This document shows, in pieces, positions 51,303 through 64,000 of a DNA stretch of 64,000 nucleotides; position 1 is the first letter of the stretch; each line of letters starts with the position of its first letter. Both the position numbers and the translations under genes were made by a program. Source of the stretch: Ylistrum balloti. Taxonomy: Eukaryota. The notes under the pieces were generated by a model, which did no database searches, was not told the DNA's origin, and saw only the letters and a list, made by a program, of their open reading frames with translations. The stretch lies in contig NW_026782356.1 in assembly GCF_031769215.1 (NCBI RefSeq), forward strand, positions 434,001 through 498,000, read 5' to 3'.

Positions 51303-51949
51303 TTCAGTTGATTGTCTTTTATGATTGTGTTAAATGAAGTTTAAGTAAGCTGTTTTCACGGGTTAAGTTTGATAAAAATAAGACTATAGATATTGAAATG
51401 TCCATTTATGGAGATGATTTCAGATAGATTTAGTGTATGTGAGAAGTGAAAATATAAACTATACTAGTTTGTTTGTAATTAATGGCTTACCTAAGGACCA
51501 ACATAAATCACAGACACACCTGTACAACATCTGTAGCTGATCAACAACCACATATTACCAACATATAGTGATAAAATGTAGTGAATTAAACCAATTCTCT
51601 CTACAGACATTGTACATACTTGGCAGAGACATTTTTACAAGTATGCACCTAGTTCAGGATGATTGCAGGGATGGTAAATATCCCAGCTGACACCTGATCT
51701 ACACATCTTCCTGTTTACCGTATAAACTATATCAATAAATTTCCTTCCGCTCTAAATTGCTCTCTTATTTGTTTGGCCTACAGTTTTGTGTTAAATATTA
51801 ATAGTACCGAATGCTCAACATGTTTTCATCTATTGCTTACTCTGTCTGTTCTCTTTTGAGTTTTACATTAAATGAAAGTTTTCATGACATTGTTGCAAAG
51901 AATATTTCCCCAGATATATCTTGATGTGAGTAATTTTGATAATGTTCCT

Positions 51950-52620
51950 AAAACTTGTTTCTTATGTTACTTTATGACAGTCTTATGTCAATCTGTCCTT
52001 ATGTCTCATGTTACTTTATAACAGTCTAGTGTCCATCTGTCCTTCTGTCCTATGTTACTTTATAACAGTCTGGTGTCCATCTGTCCTTCTGTCCTATGTT
52101 ACTTTATAACAGTCTGGTGTCCATCTGTCCTATGTTACTTTATAACAGTCTGGTGTCCATCTGTCCTTCTGTCCTATGTTACTTTATAACAGTCTGGTGT
52201 CCATCTGTCCTTCTGTCCTGTGTTGCGTTATGACAGTCTGATGTCCATCTGTCCTTATGTCCTATGTTACTTTATAACAGTCTGATGTCCATCTGTCCTT
52301 CTGTCCTATGTTACTTTATAACAGTCTGGTGTCCATCTGTCCTTCTTTCCTTAGTTACTTTTTGACAGTCTGATGTCCATCTGTCCTTATGTCCTATGTT
52401 ACTTTATAACAGTCTGGTGTCCATATGTCCTTCTGTCCTATGTTGCTTTATGACAGTCTGATGTCCATCTGTATTTGCCTTTCTTTCCTAATTTACTTTG
52501 TCTTATGATGGTGTGATGTCAATCTCTATCTGTCCTTATGTCCTATGTTGCTTTATGACAGTCTGGTGTCCATCTGTCCTTATGTCCTATGTTACTTTTC
52601 AACAGTCTGATGTCCATCTT
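51950..52620. repeat. 44-bp minisatellite
   Basis: Unit CTATGTTACTTTATAACAGTCTGGTGTCCATCTGTCCTTCTGTC. Confidence 0.95.
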
Positions 52621-53984
52621 TTCTTTGCTAGTCTGTGACAGTGTGATATAAATCTGCATCTTTTTTTCTATCCTTAATTACTTTATTACAGTCTACATTC
52701 TTTGATGAATCTATGTCCTTTTGTCCTTTGGTTGCAGTCCATCTGTCTTTCATTAAGACTTGCCTTTTAAGCAAAATTAACTTCTTCAGATAAGAAATCT
52801 AAAGTGGCCATCATGATGCCATACAGGTATGGCAACATTTTAACCATTTGTCTGGTCAAATTAAAAAGAAAAAAACACTTGGTGAATGACACAGGTCGGA
52901 TAGACCTCTTGTTTAAAGTGTTATCAAGTCCTTGTCTGACCTGTTTAAAAAGTTTATTTTCCAGATTTTATCCTGAAGGTTCTAGATTAATAAGATTAAG
53001 GAGACATTGGCAGATCTGAAGAGAAGATTGTGATTTTGACGTAGATAAAGGAACACCATATAGCTTCTATAGGGCACGGATCCTGGAATCCTTGTGGTGA
53101 AGTGTCACACTTAGATCAGGTACTTCACTCTTTAGTTAATCAACAGGAAACATCGGCTTTTTACAACATATCAATATGTTGACATGGATGCATAATCTAT
53201 GAAAATAAAGTAATGAGAGAACTTTATGGGCCTTGAGCTTCTACCAGCATCATAAATGTGTTTTGACTCATATAATGATAAACTGTTCATTGGGCAGCGG
53301 AACAGAGCCAGATAATGAGGTGTCCTTGATTCTCTCTACTAATGATCATGTAAACCTCTTTATGCCAATGAACCTACTGTATTCAGTACCTGTTACAGCT
53401 TATCATTTTCATAAATCAGTGTCCACGGTATTTTTATGTTTCTGCAATAAATAATTCTTAGCATCTTTTGCACTCCTTTGAAATCTACATGTAGCAAAAG
53501 TAGTTCGACAATAACCGCGCTGTCAGATGAGTAGCTGTAGAATTTTGTCATTTTTGTCGCACATTGTTTAATCATGATTAAGTGCATGTGTTGTAAAGAT
53601 TCAAAGAATTTTGACGTTGTATGGATGTCCTTGTTTTCCTGAGTGTATTAGCAGTATTAATCACTGCTGACTATCCTGTCACGATGAACCAAACTACCCC
53701 AAACTATGTCACTCTCACAGCACTATCTTCCTGCTGTGGTGGAATCTCACACAAAATTTCGGTAACACAGAGTGTTACATACTTTCTTTATTGAAAGTTC
53801 TGGTACCCAGCTGGTATAGGCGAGACATGATTTCTAAGGAAGTCCTGTCTCAGATGAGAACGTTACCAAAGTGTTTAGATTGAAAAATATAACATCTTCA
53901 TATGAATGGTTGTATAAATGTTAATAAATAGTTCTGAAGATGAAGTTTTCATTCAATACAGCTTGCATGGAACCAAGTCTTTTT

Positions 53985-54130
53985 TATCAACTGTGATGTA
54001 CCAGGGTCACATCACATTGGGTCTATAATATTCTGTGATAAATGGTTATCATGTAGGATACCATGAATGACCTTGACCTAATTTCAAGGTCAAACCAAAC
54101 AAATGTGTATAAATATTGCACAACTTATTC
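53985..54130. mobile_element. Possible fragment of a mollusc non-autonomous element (TGACCTTGACCT...AAGGTCA)
   Basis: ATGAATGACCTTGACCTAATTTCAAGGTCAAA motif; recognition from memory only. Confidence 0.3.
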
Positions 54131-54384
54131 TGCACAACCAAAATCTTTGGGTTTATGGTATTTTACAGGTAGATGTAAGGACCAGTTGCCATCACATGTG
54201 ATCAATATTAGGACATTACACTTCTGAAGTATTTTGAAATCTTTTCCTGAATGACTAAGAAGTCCAATAACCTATCTGAAAGGTTATTAGTTTTGTTGAA
54301 ATGAATTTTTGAGACCAATATCTTAAAATAACAAATCACATGTATTTTAACAAACATTATAACAAAAGACCATATATGATAGCA

Positions 54385-57300
54385 GTTGATACCCCTATGA
54401 ATATTCATACCCCTATATAACCCCACTGATACCCCAAAATGAATGTTCACACCCCTATATAACCCCAATAATATCCAAATGAATGTTCACACCCTATACA
54501 ACCCTAATTGATACCCCAAAATGAATGTTCACACCCCTACATAACCCCAATAATATCCAAAGAAATGTTTACACCCTATATAGCCCCACTGATACCCCAA
54601 TGAATGTTCACACCCCTATATAACCCCAATAATACCCCAATGAATGTTCACACCCCTATATAACCACTATAATACCCCAATGAATGTTCATACCCCTATA
54701 TAACCCCATTGATACCCCAATGAATGTTCACACCCCTATATAACCCCAATAATACCCCAATGAATGTTCACACCCCTATATAACCCCTATAATACCCCAA
54801 TGAATGTTTACACCCTATATAACCCCACTGATACCCCAATGAAAGTTCACACCCTATATAACCCCACTGATACCCCAATGAATGTTTACACCCCTATATA
54901 ACCCCAATAATACCCCAATGAATGTTCACACCCCTATATAACCCCACTGATACCCCAATGAATGTTCACTACCCCATAGAACACTAATAATACCCCAATG
55001 AAAGTTCACACCCCTTATAACCCCACTGATACCCCAATGAATGTTCACACCCCTTATAACCCCACTGATACCCCGATGAATGTTCACACCCCTATATAAC
55101 CCCACTGATACCCCAATGAATGTTCACACCCCTTTATAACCCCACTGATACCCCAATGAATGTTCACACCCCTATATAACCCCAATAATACCCCAATGAA
55201 TGTTCACACCCCTATATAACCCCACTGATACCCCAATGAATGTTCACACCCTATATAACCCCACTGATACCCCAATGAATGTTCACTACCCCATAGAACA
55301 CTAATAATACCCCAATGAAAGTTCACCACCCCTTATAACCCCACCTAATACCTAAATGAAGGTTCACCACTCAATATAACCCCACTGATACCCAAATGAA
55401 TGTTTACACCCTGTATAACCCCACCTAATACCCCAATTAAAGTTCACATCAACATATAACCCCACTTGATACTTGAATGAATGTTCACACCTCATATAAC
55501 CCCTATAATGCCTCACTGAATGTTCACTGCCCAAAATAACCAAACTGATACCCAATGAATGTTGACATCCCCATATAACCTTACTTGATACCCCAATAAA
55601 TGTTCACTACCCCATAGAACCCTAATGATACCCCAATGAATGTTTACCATCCCTAATAACCTCACCTAATACCCAAATGAAGGTTCACCACCCCATATAA
55701 CCCCACTGAACCCCAATGAATGTTCACATCCCTATATAACCCCAATAATACCCCAATGAATGTTCACACCCCTATATAACCACTATAATACCCCAATGAA
55801 TGTTCATACCCCTATATAACCCCATTGATACCCCAATGAATGTTCACACCCCTATATAACCCCAATAATACCCCAATGAATGTTCACACCCCTATATAAC
55901 CCCTATAATACCCCAATGAATGTTTACACCCTATATAACCCCACTGATACCCCAATGAAAGTTCACACCCTATATAACCCCACTGATACCCCAATGAATG
56001 TTTACACCCCTATATAACCCCAATAATACCCCAATGAATGTTCACACCCCTATATAACCCCATTGATACCCCAATGAATGTTCACACCCCTATATAACCC
56101 CAATAATACCCCAATGAATGTTCACACCCCTATATAACCCCTATAATACCCCAATGAATGTTTACACCCTATATAACCTCACTGATACCCCAATGAAAGT
56201 TCACACCCTATATAACCCCACTGATACCCCAATGAATGTTTACACCCCTATATAACCCCAATAATACCCCAATGAATGTTCACACCCCTATATAACCCCA
56301 CTGATACCCCAATGAATGTTCACTACCCCATAGAACACTAATAATACCCCAATGAAAGTTCACACCCCTTATAACCCCACTGATACCCCAATGAATGTTC
56401 ACACCCCTTATAACCCCACTGATACCCCGATGAATGTTCACACCCCTATATAACCCCACTGATACCCCAATGAATGTTCACACCCCTTTATAACCCCACT
56501 GATACCCCAATGAATGTTCACACCCCTATATAACCCCAATAATACCCCAATGAATGTTCACACCCCTATATAACCCCACTGATACCCCAATGAATGTTCA
56601 CACCCTATATAACCCCACTGATACCCCAATGAATGTTCACTACCCCATAGAACACTAATAATACCCCAATGAAAGTTCACCACCCCTTATAACCCCACCT
56701 AATACCTAAATGAAGGTTCACCACTCAATATAACCCCACTGATACCCAAATGAATGTTTACACCCTGTATAACCCCACCTAATACCCCAATTAAAGTTCA
56801 CATCAACATATAACCCCACTTGATACTTGAATGAATGTTCACACCTCATATAACCCCTATAATGCCTCACTGAATGTTCACTGCCCAAAATAACCAAACT
56901 GATACCCAATGAATGTTGACATCCCCATATAACCTTACTTGATACCCCAATAAATGTTCACTACCCCATAGAACCCTAATGATACCCCAATGAATGTTTA
57001 CCATCCCTAATAACCTCACCTAATACCCAAATGAAGGTTCACCACCCCATATAACCCCACTGAACCCCAATGAATGTTCACATCCCCATATAACCTTACC
57101 TGATACCCCAATGAATGTTCACTACCCCATAGAACCCTAATAATACCCCAATGAAAGTTCACCACCCCTTATAACCCCACCTAATACCCAAATGAAGGTT
57201 CACTTCCTTATATAAACCTATTTGATTCTTCAATGAATGTTCACACCCCTATAACCTTACTTATACCCTATGGGATTTTTCACCACCCCTATAATCCCAA

Positions 57301-57430
57301 TTGATACCCCATTGAATGTTCACACCCCTATAACCTTACTGATACCCCATGAGATTTTTCACCACCCCTATAATCCCAATTGATACCCCATTGAATGTTC
57401 ATCACTGCTATAACCTCAATGATACTCCTT
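54385..57430. repeat. 39-41-bp C-rich minisatellite, about 75 copies, with a block duplication at offset 1354
   Basis: Unit CCCCAATGAATGTTCACACCCCTATATAACCCCACTGATA; identical spurious ORFs at 55364 and 56718; marker unit at 54961/56315. Confidence 0.98.
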
Positions 57431-57519
57431 TGAAAATTCACCTCCCCTTTCTAATAGCCTTGCTAACCTCCCTAATTTTCAGTGATCCTTTACACACTCC
57501 TTATCCATCAATAATCCAC

Positions 57520-58700
57520 GTTAAATGACTTAATTCTACAATATTAGCGGTGAGCTTTCACTAGTAAAGCATTTAAATATCAGTGTATCATTATTTTCCA
57601 ACTGGTAAAACAATATTCTGTAGTGTAATGATTGTGAGATTTGGAACCTGATTTAGACTTGCTCGCCCAGCAATTAACCTGCAATTACATCAGTGAATGT
57701 ACCTAAATGGAGAGTTTGGGGTGCTCAATTAACAGTAGGATTGGTTAACAAGGTGAGAAAGACAAGCAAGTTATTGTGGCCGCACTGTGCGAAGAGCAGC
57801 TACAATGGCCCATCACACCACGAACAAACTCAGACAGTTCAGGAACAAACAAGTCGACAGCAGGATTTGTTTTGCAGCTAAATAATGTACCAATACAAAC
57901 GCACTAAACATTGTATCACATTAACGAGGCCAGGAAATGGTATTTGTGCCGGCTGCGCTAAAGCTTGTGATATTGCCCAATCGGTGTGTTCCTATTAGTT
58001 CCCGACCATTGCAAGTTGCTGGTGAGGCAATCTACTCCACTTGACTAGCACTAACACTGTCGCTGCCGTGCCTACCCCTGGTGGAGATAAAGACGAGATG
58101 ATGGTCGCTGTTGATTTCAAGTCTCTTTGCTTCAGGATGGATCACTGGTTCTTTTGCCAGTAAAATGTTATTGATTAAATGTTTTCAACCCTAAGGTGAA
58201 CAGTGGGACATCTACAGAGTGCTGTGTAAGGGGGAACCATGTCATAACAATATAGATTTGTTTATGTCTTCTTACACTTGATATATTCAAAATAAAAACC
58301 GTGAAATACCCAAGATTTTTTTCTTCTACTCACTTAAAACTAGGTGGAATAAATAGATTAAAAAAAAAGAAACGATAAAACCAAAATATTTTAAATAATT
58401 CAACTTATTTTCACATATGATAATGCAAGTATTTTCTTTAATCATTAATTTTTTTATTAATTTGAAAATCACCGCTGCATCAAATTTGACATTTCGCTTA
58501 GGGAAGTCGCTGAAGAAAATCAATATAGCGGTAATCAGTGACACAAGGATCTGGGTGATTTAATCACACAAATAACTTATTCTCGATGTGTACCAAAGTT
58601 CATCTAATTATCCAGACACTATCTCGTAATTATAGTGGAGGAAGCTTCACTATCACTGTAGCGTCTTACAGCACTGTAAACATGAACCAATGACCGTAAA
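57520..58700. promoter_or_regulatory. CpG-retaining region (candidate regulatory DNA)
   Basis: About 27 CpGs counted by eye in 1.2 kb; GC-richer unique sequence. Confidence 0.35.
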
Positions 58701-58869
58701 TACACTTGCTTGTATTTTATTCACAAAACTTTTTATTCTTTGAAATAAAACAGCCTTACAAGAAAATACAGATATGTATATAACAGATGTAGATAACCAA
58801 GATTGTATATAATATAGCCATTGGTGTTAATGTACTGTTACATCAATTTTCAAAACAAGTGTTCCTGTA

Positions 58870-59830
58870 CCAGTACCAAATAAATGGTAATTACAGGTGT
58901 TTTTATACAGGTACCAGATAAATGGTAATTACAGGTACCAGATAAATGGTAATTACAGGTGTTTTTGTACAGGTACCAGATAAATGGTAATTACAGGTAC
59001 CAGATAAATGGTAATTACAGGTGTTTTTGTACCGGTACCAGATAAATGGTAATTGCAGGTGTTTTGTACAGGTACAAGATAAATGGTAATTACAGGAGTT
59101 TTTGTACAGGTACCAGATAAATGGTAATTACAGGTCTTCTTGTACAGGTACCAGGGAAATGGTAATCACAGGTCTTCTTGTACAGGTACCAGGTAAATAT
59201 TAATTACAGGTGTTCATGTATGGGTATGTAGTTAATGATAATTACACATGTTTCTGTATGGATACCTTGTAAATGATAATTACACATGTTTCTGTTTGGG
59301 TACCTGGTAAATGGTAATTACACATATTTCTGTATGGATGCCTGGTAAATGGTAATTACACATGTTTCTGTATGGGTACCTGGTAAATGGTAATTACACA
59401 TGTTTCTGTATGGGTACCTGGTAAATGATAATTACACATGTTTCTGTATGGGTACCTGGTAAATGGTAATTACACATGTTTCTGTATAGGTACCTGGTAA
59501 ATGGTAATTACACATGTTTCTGTTTCGGTACCTGTTAAATGGTAATTACACATGTTTCTGTATGGGTACCTGGTAAATGATAATTACACATGTTTGTGTA
59601 TGGGTACCTGGTAAATGGTAATTACACATGTTTGTGTATGGGTACCTGGTAAATCCTGATAACAGGTGTTCTTGTACAAATATTAGATAAATGGTAATTA
59701 GCTGTGTCCCTATACAGGTATCAGGTAAATGATAATAACAGGTGTTTCAGGTTTCTGGATGGGTACCAGGTAAATAGTAAATACATGTGGTCCTGTACAG
59801 ATACTAGGTTAATGGTAACTATAGGTGGTT
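58870..59830. repeat. 38-bp minisatellite with 24-bp truncated units on the left
   Basis: AGGTGTTTTTGTACAGGTACCAGATAAATGGTAATTAC, then GGTAAATGGTAATTACACATGTTTCTGTATGGGTACCT. Confidence 0.95.
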
Positions 59831-60334
59831 TTATTCAGGTATATGGCTTAATTACATGATAACCTCCCTTTACCACCCCCACAACATCTCCTACCGTATG
59901 ATATATTGATACACACCTCCCCAACTCACATTTCTATACAAGTCCTTCCATTTCCATTTTATTATATGCCAACTTGTTTCTAATTTTGGACATGAAATGA
60001 TAATGCTCACCTACGTCATCCCTGTGACATCAATATGAGTCTTCACCAACCTTAATTTTAGCAGACATTTCGAACAATGAACAACAAATCTCCTTGGCTG
60101 GTTCCTCCCTCCTACACTATTCTATAGAGACAACACATTAACATGCCTCACCTCTTCTGTATTTATTGTTTGATAATATGATATTGTTGTTGAAATGCTA
60201 AAGGTTGTGATCTGCACATCATCAAACTAACTATCATTTGTTAGTCTGTCTTCTATCATACAACATACAGAGAAAATCTATCTTACATACATGTATACTG
60301 TAAACTTTATCACTACGAAAGCTACATATAATAT

Positions 60335-61205
60335 AGACATTATAACTCAATAGATTACATACACTGTAGACATTGAAATTCAATAGACTACATATACTGT
60401 AGACCTCCTAACTCAGTAGACTACATACACTGTCGACATTGTAACTCAATAGACTACATGTACTGTAGATCTTGTAACTCAATAGACTACATATACTGTA
60501 GACCTCCTGACTCAATAAACTACATGTACTGTAGACCTTGTAACTCAGGAGGTCTACATATACTGTAGACCTTGTAACTCAATAGACTACATGTACTGTA
60601 GGTCTTGTAACTCAATAGACTACATGTACTGTAGACTTTGTAACTCAATAGACAACATGTACTGTAGACCTTGTAACTCAATAGACTACATATACTGTAG
60701 ACCTCCTAACTCAATAGACAACATGTACTGTAGATCTTGTAACTCAATAGACTACATATACTGTAGACCTTGTAACTCAATAGACTACATATACTGTAGA
60801 TCTTGTAACTCAATAGACTACATAAACTGTAGACCTTGTAACTCAATAGACAACATGTACTGTAGATCTTGTAACTCAATAGACTACATGTACTGTAGAA
60901 CTTGTAACTCAATAGACTACATGTACTGTAGACCTTGTAACTCAATAGACTACATACACTGTAGACCTACTAACTCAATAGACTACATGTACTGTAGACC
61001 TTGTAACTCAGTAGACTACATATACTGTTGACCTTGTAACTTAATAGACTACATACACTGTAGACCTTGTGTAACTCATTGGTCACAAACATTGTAGACC
61101 TCGTGTAACTCATTGGTCACAAACATTGTAGACCTCGTGTAACTCATTGGTCACAAACATTGTAGACCTCGTGTAACTCATTGGTCACAAACATTGTAGA
61201 CCTAA
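60335..61205. repeat. 33-bp minisatellite followed by four copies of a related 34-bp unit
   Basis: GTAACTCAATAGACTACATGTACTGTAGACCTT, then GTGTAACTCATTGGTCACAAACATTGTAGACCTC from about 61068. Confidence 0.96.
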
Positions 61206-61934
61206 TAGGTAAACTAATAGACAGAGGACTCTGGTACATTATAATGCACATAGAAGTACTGGAATATTACTGTTGGTAAGTTTTGGGTTTTTTTTGCGGC
61301 ACACAATTTGGAATATTGGAATTTTTCTTTGAAACATTTGTACATTTTTGGGATAATGCATTAATTGATTTCAAGGTGTTTGCTATTTGAAAAATAATGA
61401 GAGCAAGAAAATAAGAGGACTGTGAAAAATTGAACCAGTATTTATAAAGATATGACATAAACCACAGGAAAGACATACTAAAAATCATCGGTGGATATTG
61501 TACTTACTATATATCTAAATCCTGTTATAGACTTAGTGATATCTATTCATTCACGGAGGCTTACATTAATTCTCCTCAGCACGGTGGTATCCTGATTATG
61601 TTTTTTTTGGAGTACTGATTTCCCCAGTATCCTAAGTCATCAGTTTGTAATCATAGATATATAATACAGAGATACTACTTTGTCTCACAAATTTAGATAA
61701 TTTATTTTTCTTAAAATATCTGCCTCGATACTAAAAAAATACCTTAAAATGACCATAAGCATTAAAGATGTTTGTTATAATCAATAGAAACACTAAATGT
61801 ATTTATTTATCTACGAGGTGGAATCTGTCATAATCCACAAATAAACCATCCTGTTTTATTCTGCTAATACAGAAAATTAGTTGTTTAATCAGCAAACAAA
61901 AACATCAATTTGAACCAAAAGACAGAAACAAAAT

Positions 61935-62345
61935 CTAAACACCAGCCTTAATCCACAAAAAACACCAGCTGTAATCCATATATACAAACACCAGCCTTAA
62001 CCTGCAAATCTAAACACCTGCCTGAATCCACAAAAAACACCAGCTGTAATCCATATATACAAACACCAGCCTTAACCTGCAAATCTAAACACCTGCCTGA
62101 ATCCACATAAAATGCCACCTGCAATCCACAAATACAAACACCAGCCTTAACCTGCAAATCTAAACACCTGCCTGAATCCACATAAAATGCCACCTGCAAT
62201 CCACAAATACAAACACCAGCCTTAACCTGCAAATCTAAACACCAGCCTAAATCCACAAATGAAAAACATGTACAAACACCAGCCTTAACCTGCAAATCTA
62301 AACACCAGCCTAAATCCACAAATGAAAAACATGTGTCTTAACCCC
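61935..62345. repeat. 75-bp and 63-bp compound repeats built from subunits of about 25 bp
   Basis: AAACACCAGCCTTAACCTGCAAATCT at 61986, 62061, 62136, 62211 and 62274. Confidence 0.93.
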
Positions 62346-62349
62346 TAGA

Positions 62350-62665
62350 AATGAAAACACCAGTCTTAATCTAGATATAAAACACCAGTGTTAATCTAGA
62401 TATATAAATACCAGTCTTAATCTAGATATAAAAACACCAGTGTTAATCTAGATATATAAATACCAGTCTTAATCTAGATATAAAAACACCAGTCTTAATC
62501 TAGATATATAAATACCAGTCTTAATCTAGATATAAAAACACCAGTGTTAATCTAGATATAAAAATACCAGTGTTAATCTAGATATAAGAACACCAGTGTT
62601 AATCTAGATATAAGAACACCAGTGTTAATCTCGATATAAAACACCAGTCTTAATATACAAATACA
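62350..62665. repeat. 26-bp minisatellite
   Basis: Unit ACCAGTCTTAATCTAGATATAAAAAC; period 26 at 62462/62488/62514. Confidence 0.95.
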
Positions 62666-63094
62666 AGTACTATAAAGACAAACTTTGATCTTCTTTCATT
62701 TAACACATTGTAAGTCTTTCATGATGAATTGTGATAAAAGAATTCACTAATAACTATATAAGATGGACAGGGCAGTCAGTATAATATTTCAATCAAGACT
62801 GGTGTTCAATATCTTCTTCAATGGTATAGACATTTCCTAACTTCACATAACTGTAAACTTTAGTTTATAAGTCAATGTCTGTTTGTGAAATGTCCTTCAA
62901 TTTTCAAATTTTTGACAACTCATTGGATCACAATTTTTTATTCTATGTTTTGAAATCTTTTTCTTTCTTTTTTATTTGCAGTTACATGTTGGTAACTAAG
63001 ACTGTGTTGATGTAGTAGATAACTATTTAACTTATTTGTTGACACATTGTTATAGGAGAATAAATAAATTTTGATAAAACAAGACATAGGGAAT

Positions 63095-64000
63095 AGGACT
63101 AAATACACACATAGGGAGGGAATGGTACTAAATACACACATACAGGGAGGGAATGACACTAATACACACATACAGGGAGGGAATGACACTAATACACACA
63201 TACAGGGAGGGAATGTTAAACACACATAGTGGAGGGAACACACACTAAAACACACATACGGTACTAAATACACACATACAGGGAGGGAATGGTACTAAAT
63301 ACACACATACAGGGAGGGAATGGTACTAAAACACACATACAGGGAGGGAATGGTACTAAATACACACATACCTGGAGGGAATGACACTAATACACACATA
63401 CCTGGAGGGAATGACACTAAAACACACATACAGGGAGGGAATGGTACTAACACACACATACAGGGAGGGAATGGTACTAAATACACACATACAGGGAGGG
63501 AATGGTACTAAATACACACATACCTGGAGGGAATGACACTAAAACACACATACAGGGAGGGAATGGTACTAAATACACACATACCTGGAGGGAATGACAC
63601 TAAAACACACATACAGGGAGGGAATGGTACTAAAACACACATACAGGGAGGGAATGGTACTAAATACACACATACAGGGAGGGAATGACACTAATACACA
63701 CATACCGGGAGGGAATGACACTAATACACACATACAGGGAGGGAATGGTACTAAATACACACATACCTGGAGGGAATGGTACTAAATACACACATACAGG
63801 GAGGGAATGACACTAAAACACACATACAGGGAGGGAATGACACTAAAACACACATACAGGGAGGGAATGACACTAAAACACACATACAGGGAGGGAATGG
63901 TACTAAATACACACATACCTGGAGGGAATGACACTAAAACACACATACAGGGAGGGAATGACACTAAAACACACATACAGGGAGGGAATGGTACTAAATA
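63095..64000. repeat. 30/31-bp minisatellite running off the window end
   Basis: Unit TACAGGGAGGGAATGGTACTAAATACACACA; block repeat at offset 274 (ORFs 63295/63569). Confidence 0.97.

Noticed and set aside
60591-61031. YCRxC (CxxC-like) 11-aa repeat ORF
   Set aside because: It is a translation of the 33-bp minisatellite; flanking degenerate units do not keep the frame and I recognise no domain.

Overview
AT-rich eukaryotic (animal) genomic DNA with no recognisable protein-coding gene, RNA gene, CRISPR array or intact transposon. It looks like a very large intron or an intergenic region. About 30 distinct minisatellite arrays (units of 21-75 bp) cover roughly 45% of the window by my manual tally. 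Between them lie CpG-depleted unique sequence, a few degenerate non-autonomous transposon and SINE fragments, and several CpG-retaining patches that may be regulatory. The repeat fragments, TACATGTA motifs and tandem-repeat load suggest a bivalve mollusc, plausibly a scallop (inference, not verified). A sized 130-N gap indicates a scaffolded assembly. All long ORFs in the supplied track are by-products of the repeats. I found no convincing new gene system. The most interesting signals concern repeat evolution and possible cis-regulation: (1) a 38-bp array carrying 22 AP-1 consensus sites whose last 12 units share a two-base change explicable by one quasi-palindrome template switch; (2) a decayed 94-bp duplication that kept only TF-like motifs; (3) one satellite family present in inverted orientation about 8 kb apart; (4) chains of adjacent arrays seeded from a shared core; (5) array-internal block duplications of up to 1.35 kb. 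Array edges are approximate because the flanks decay gradually.
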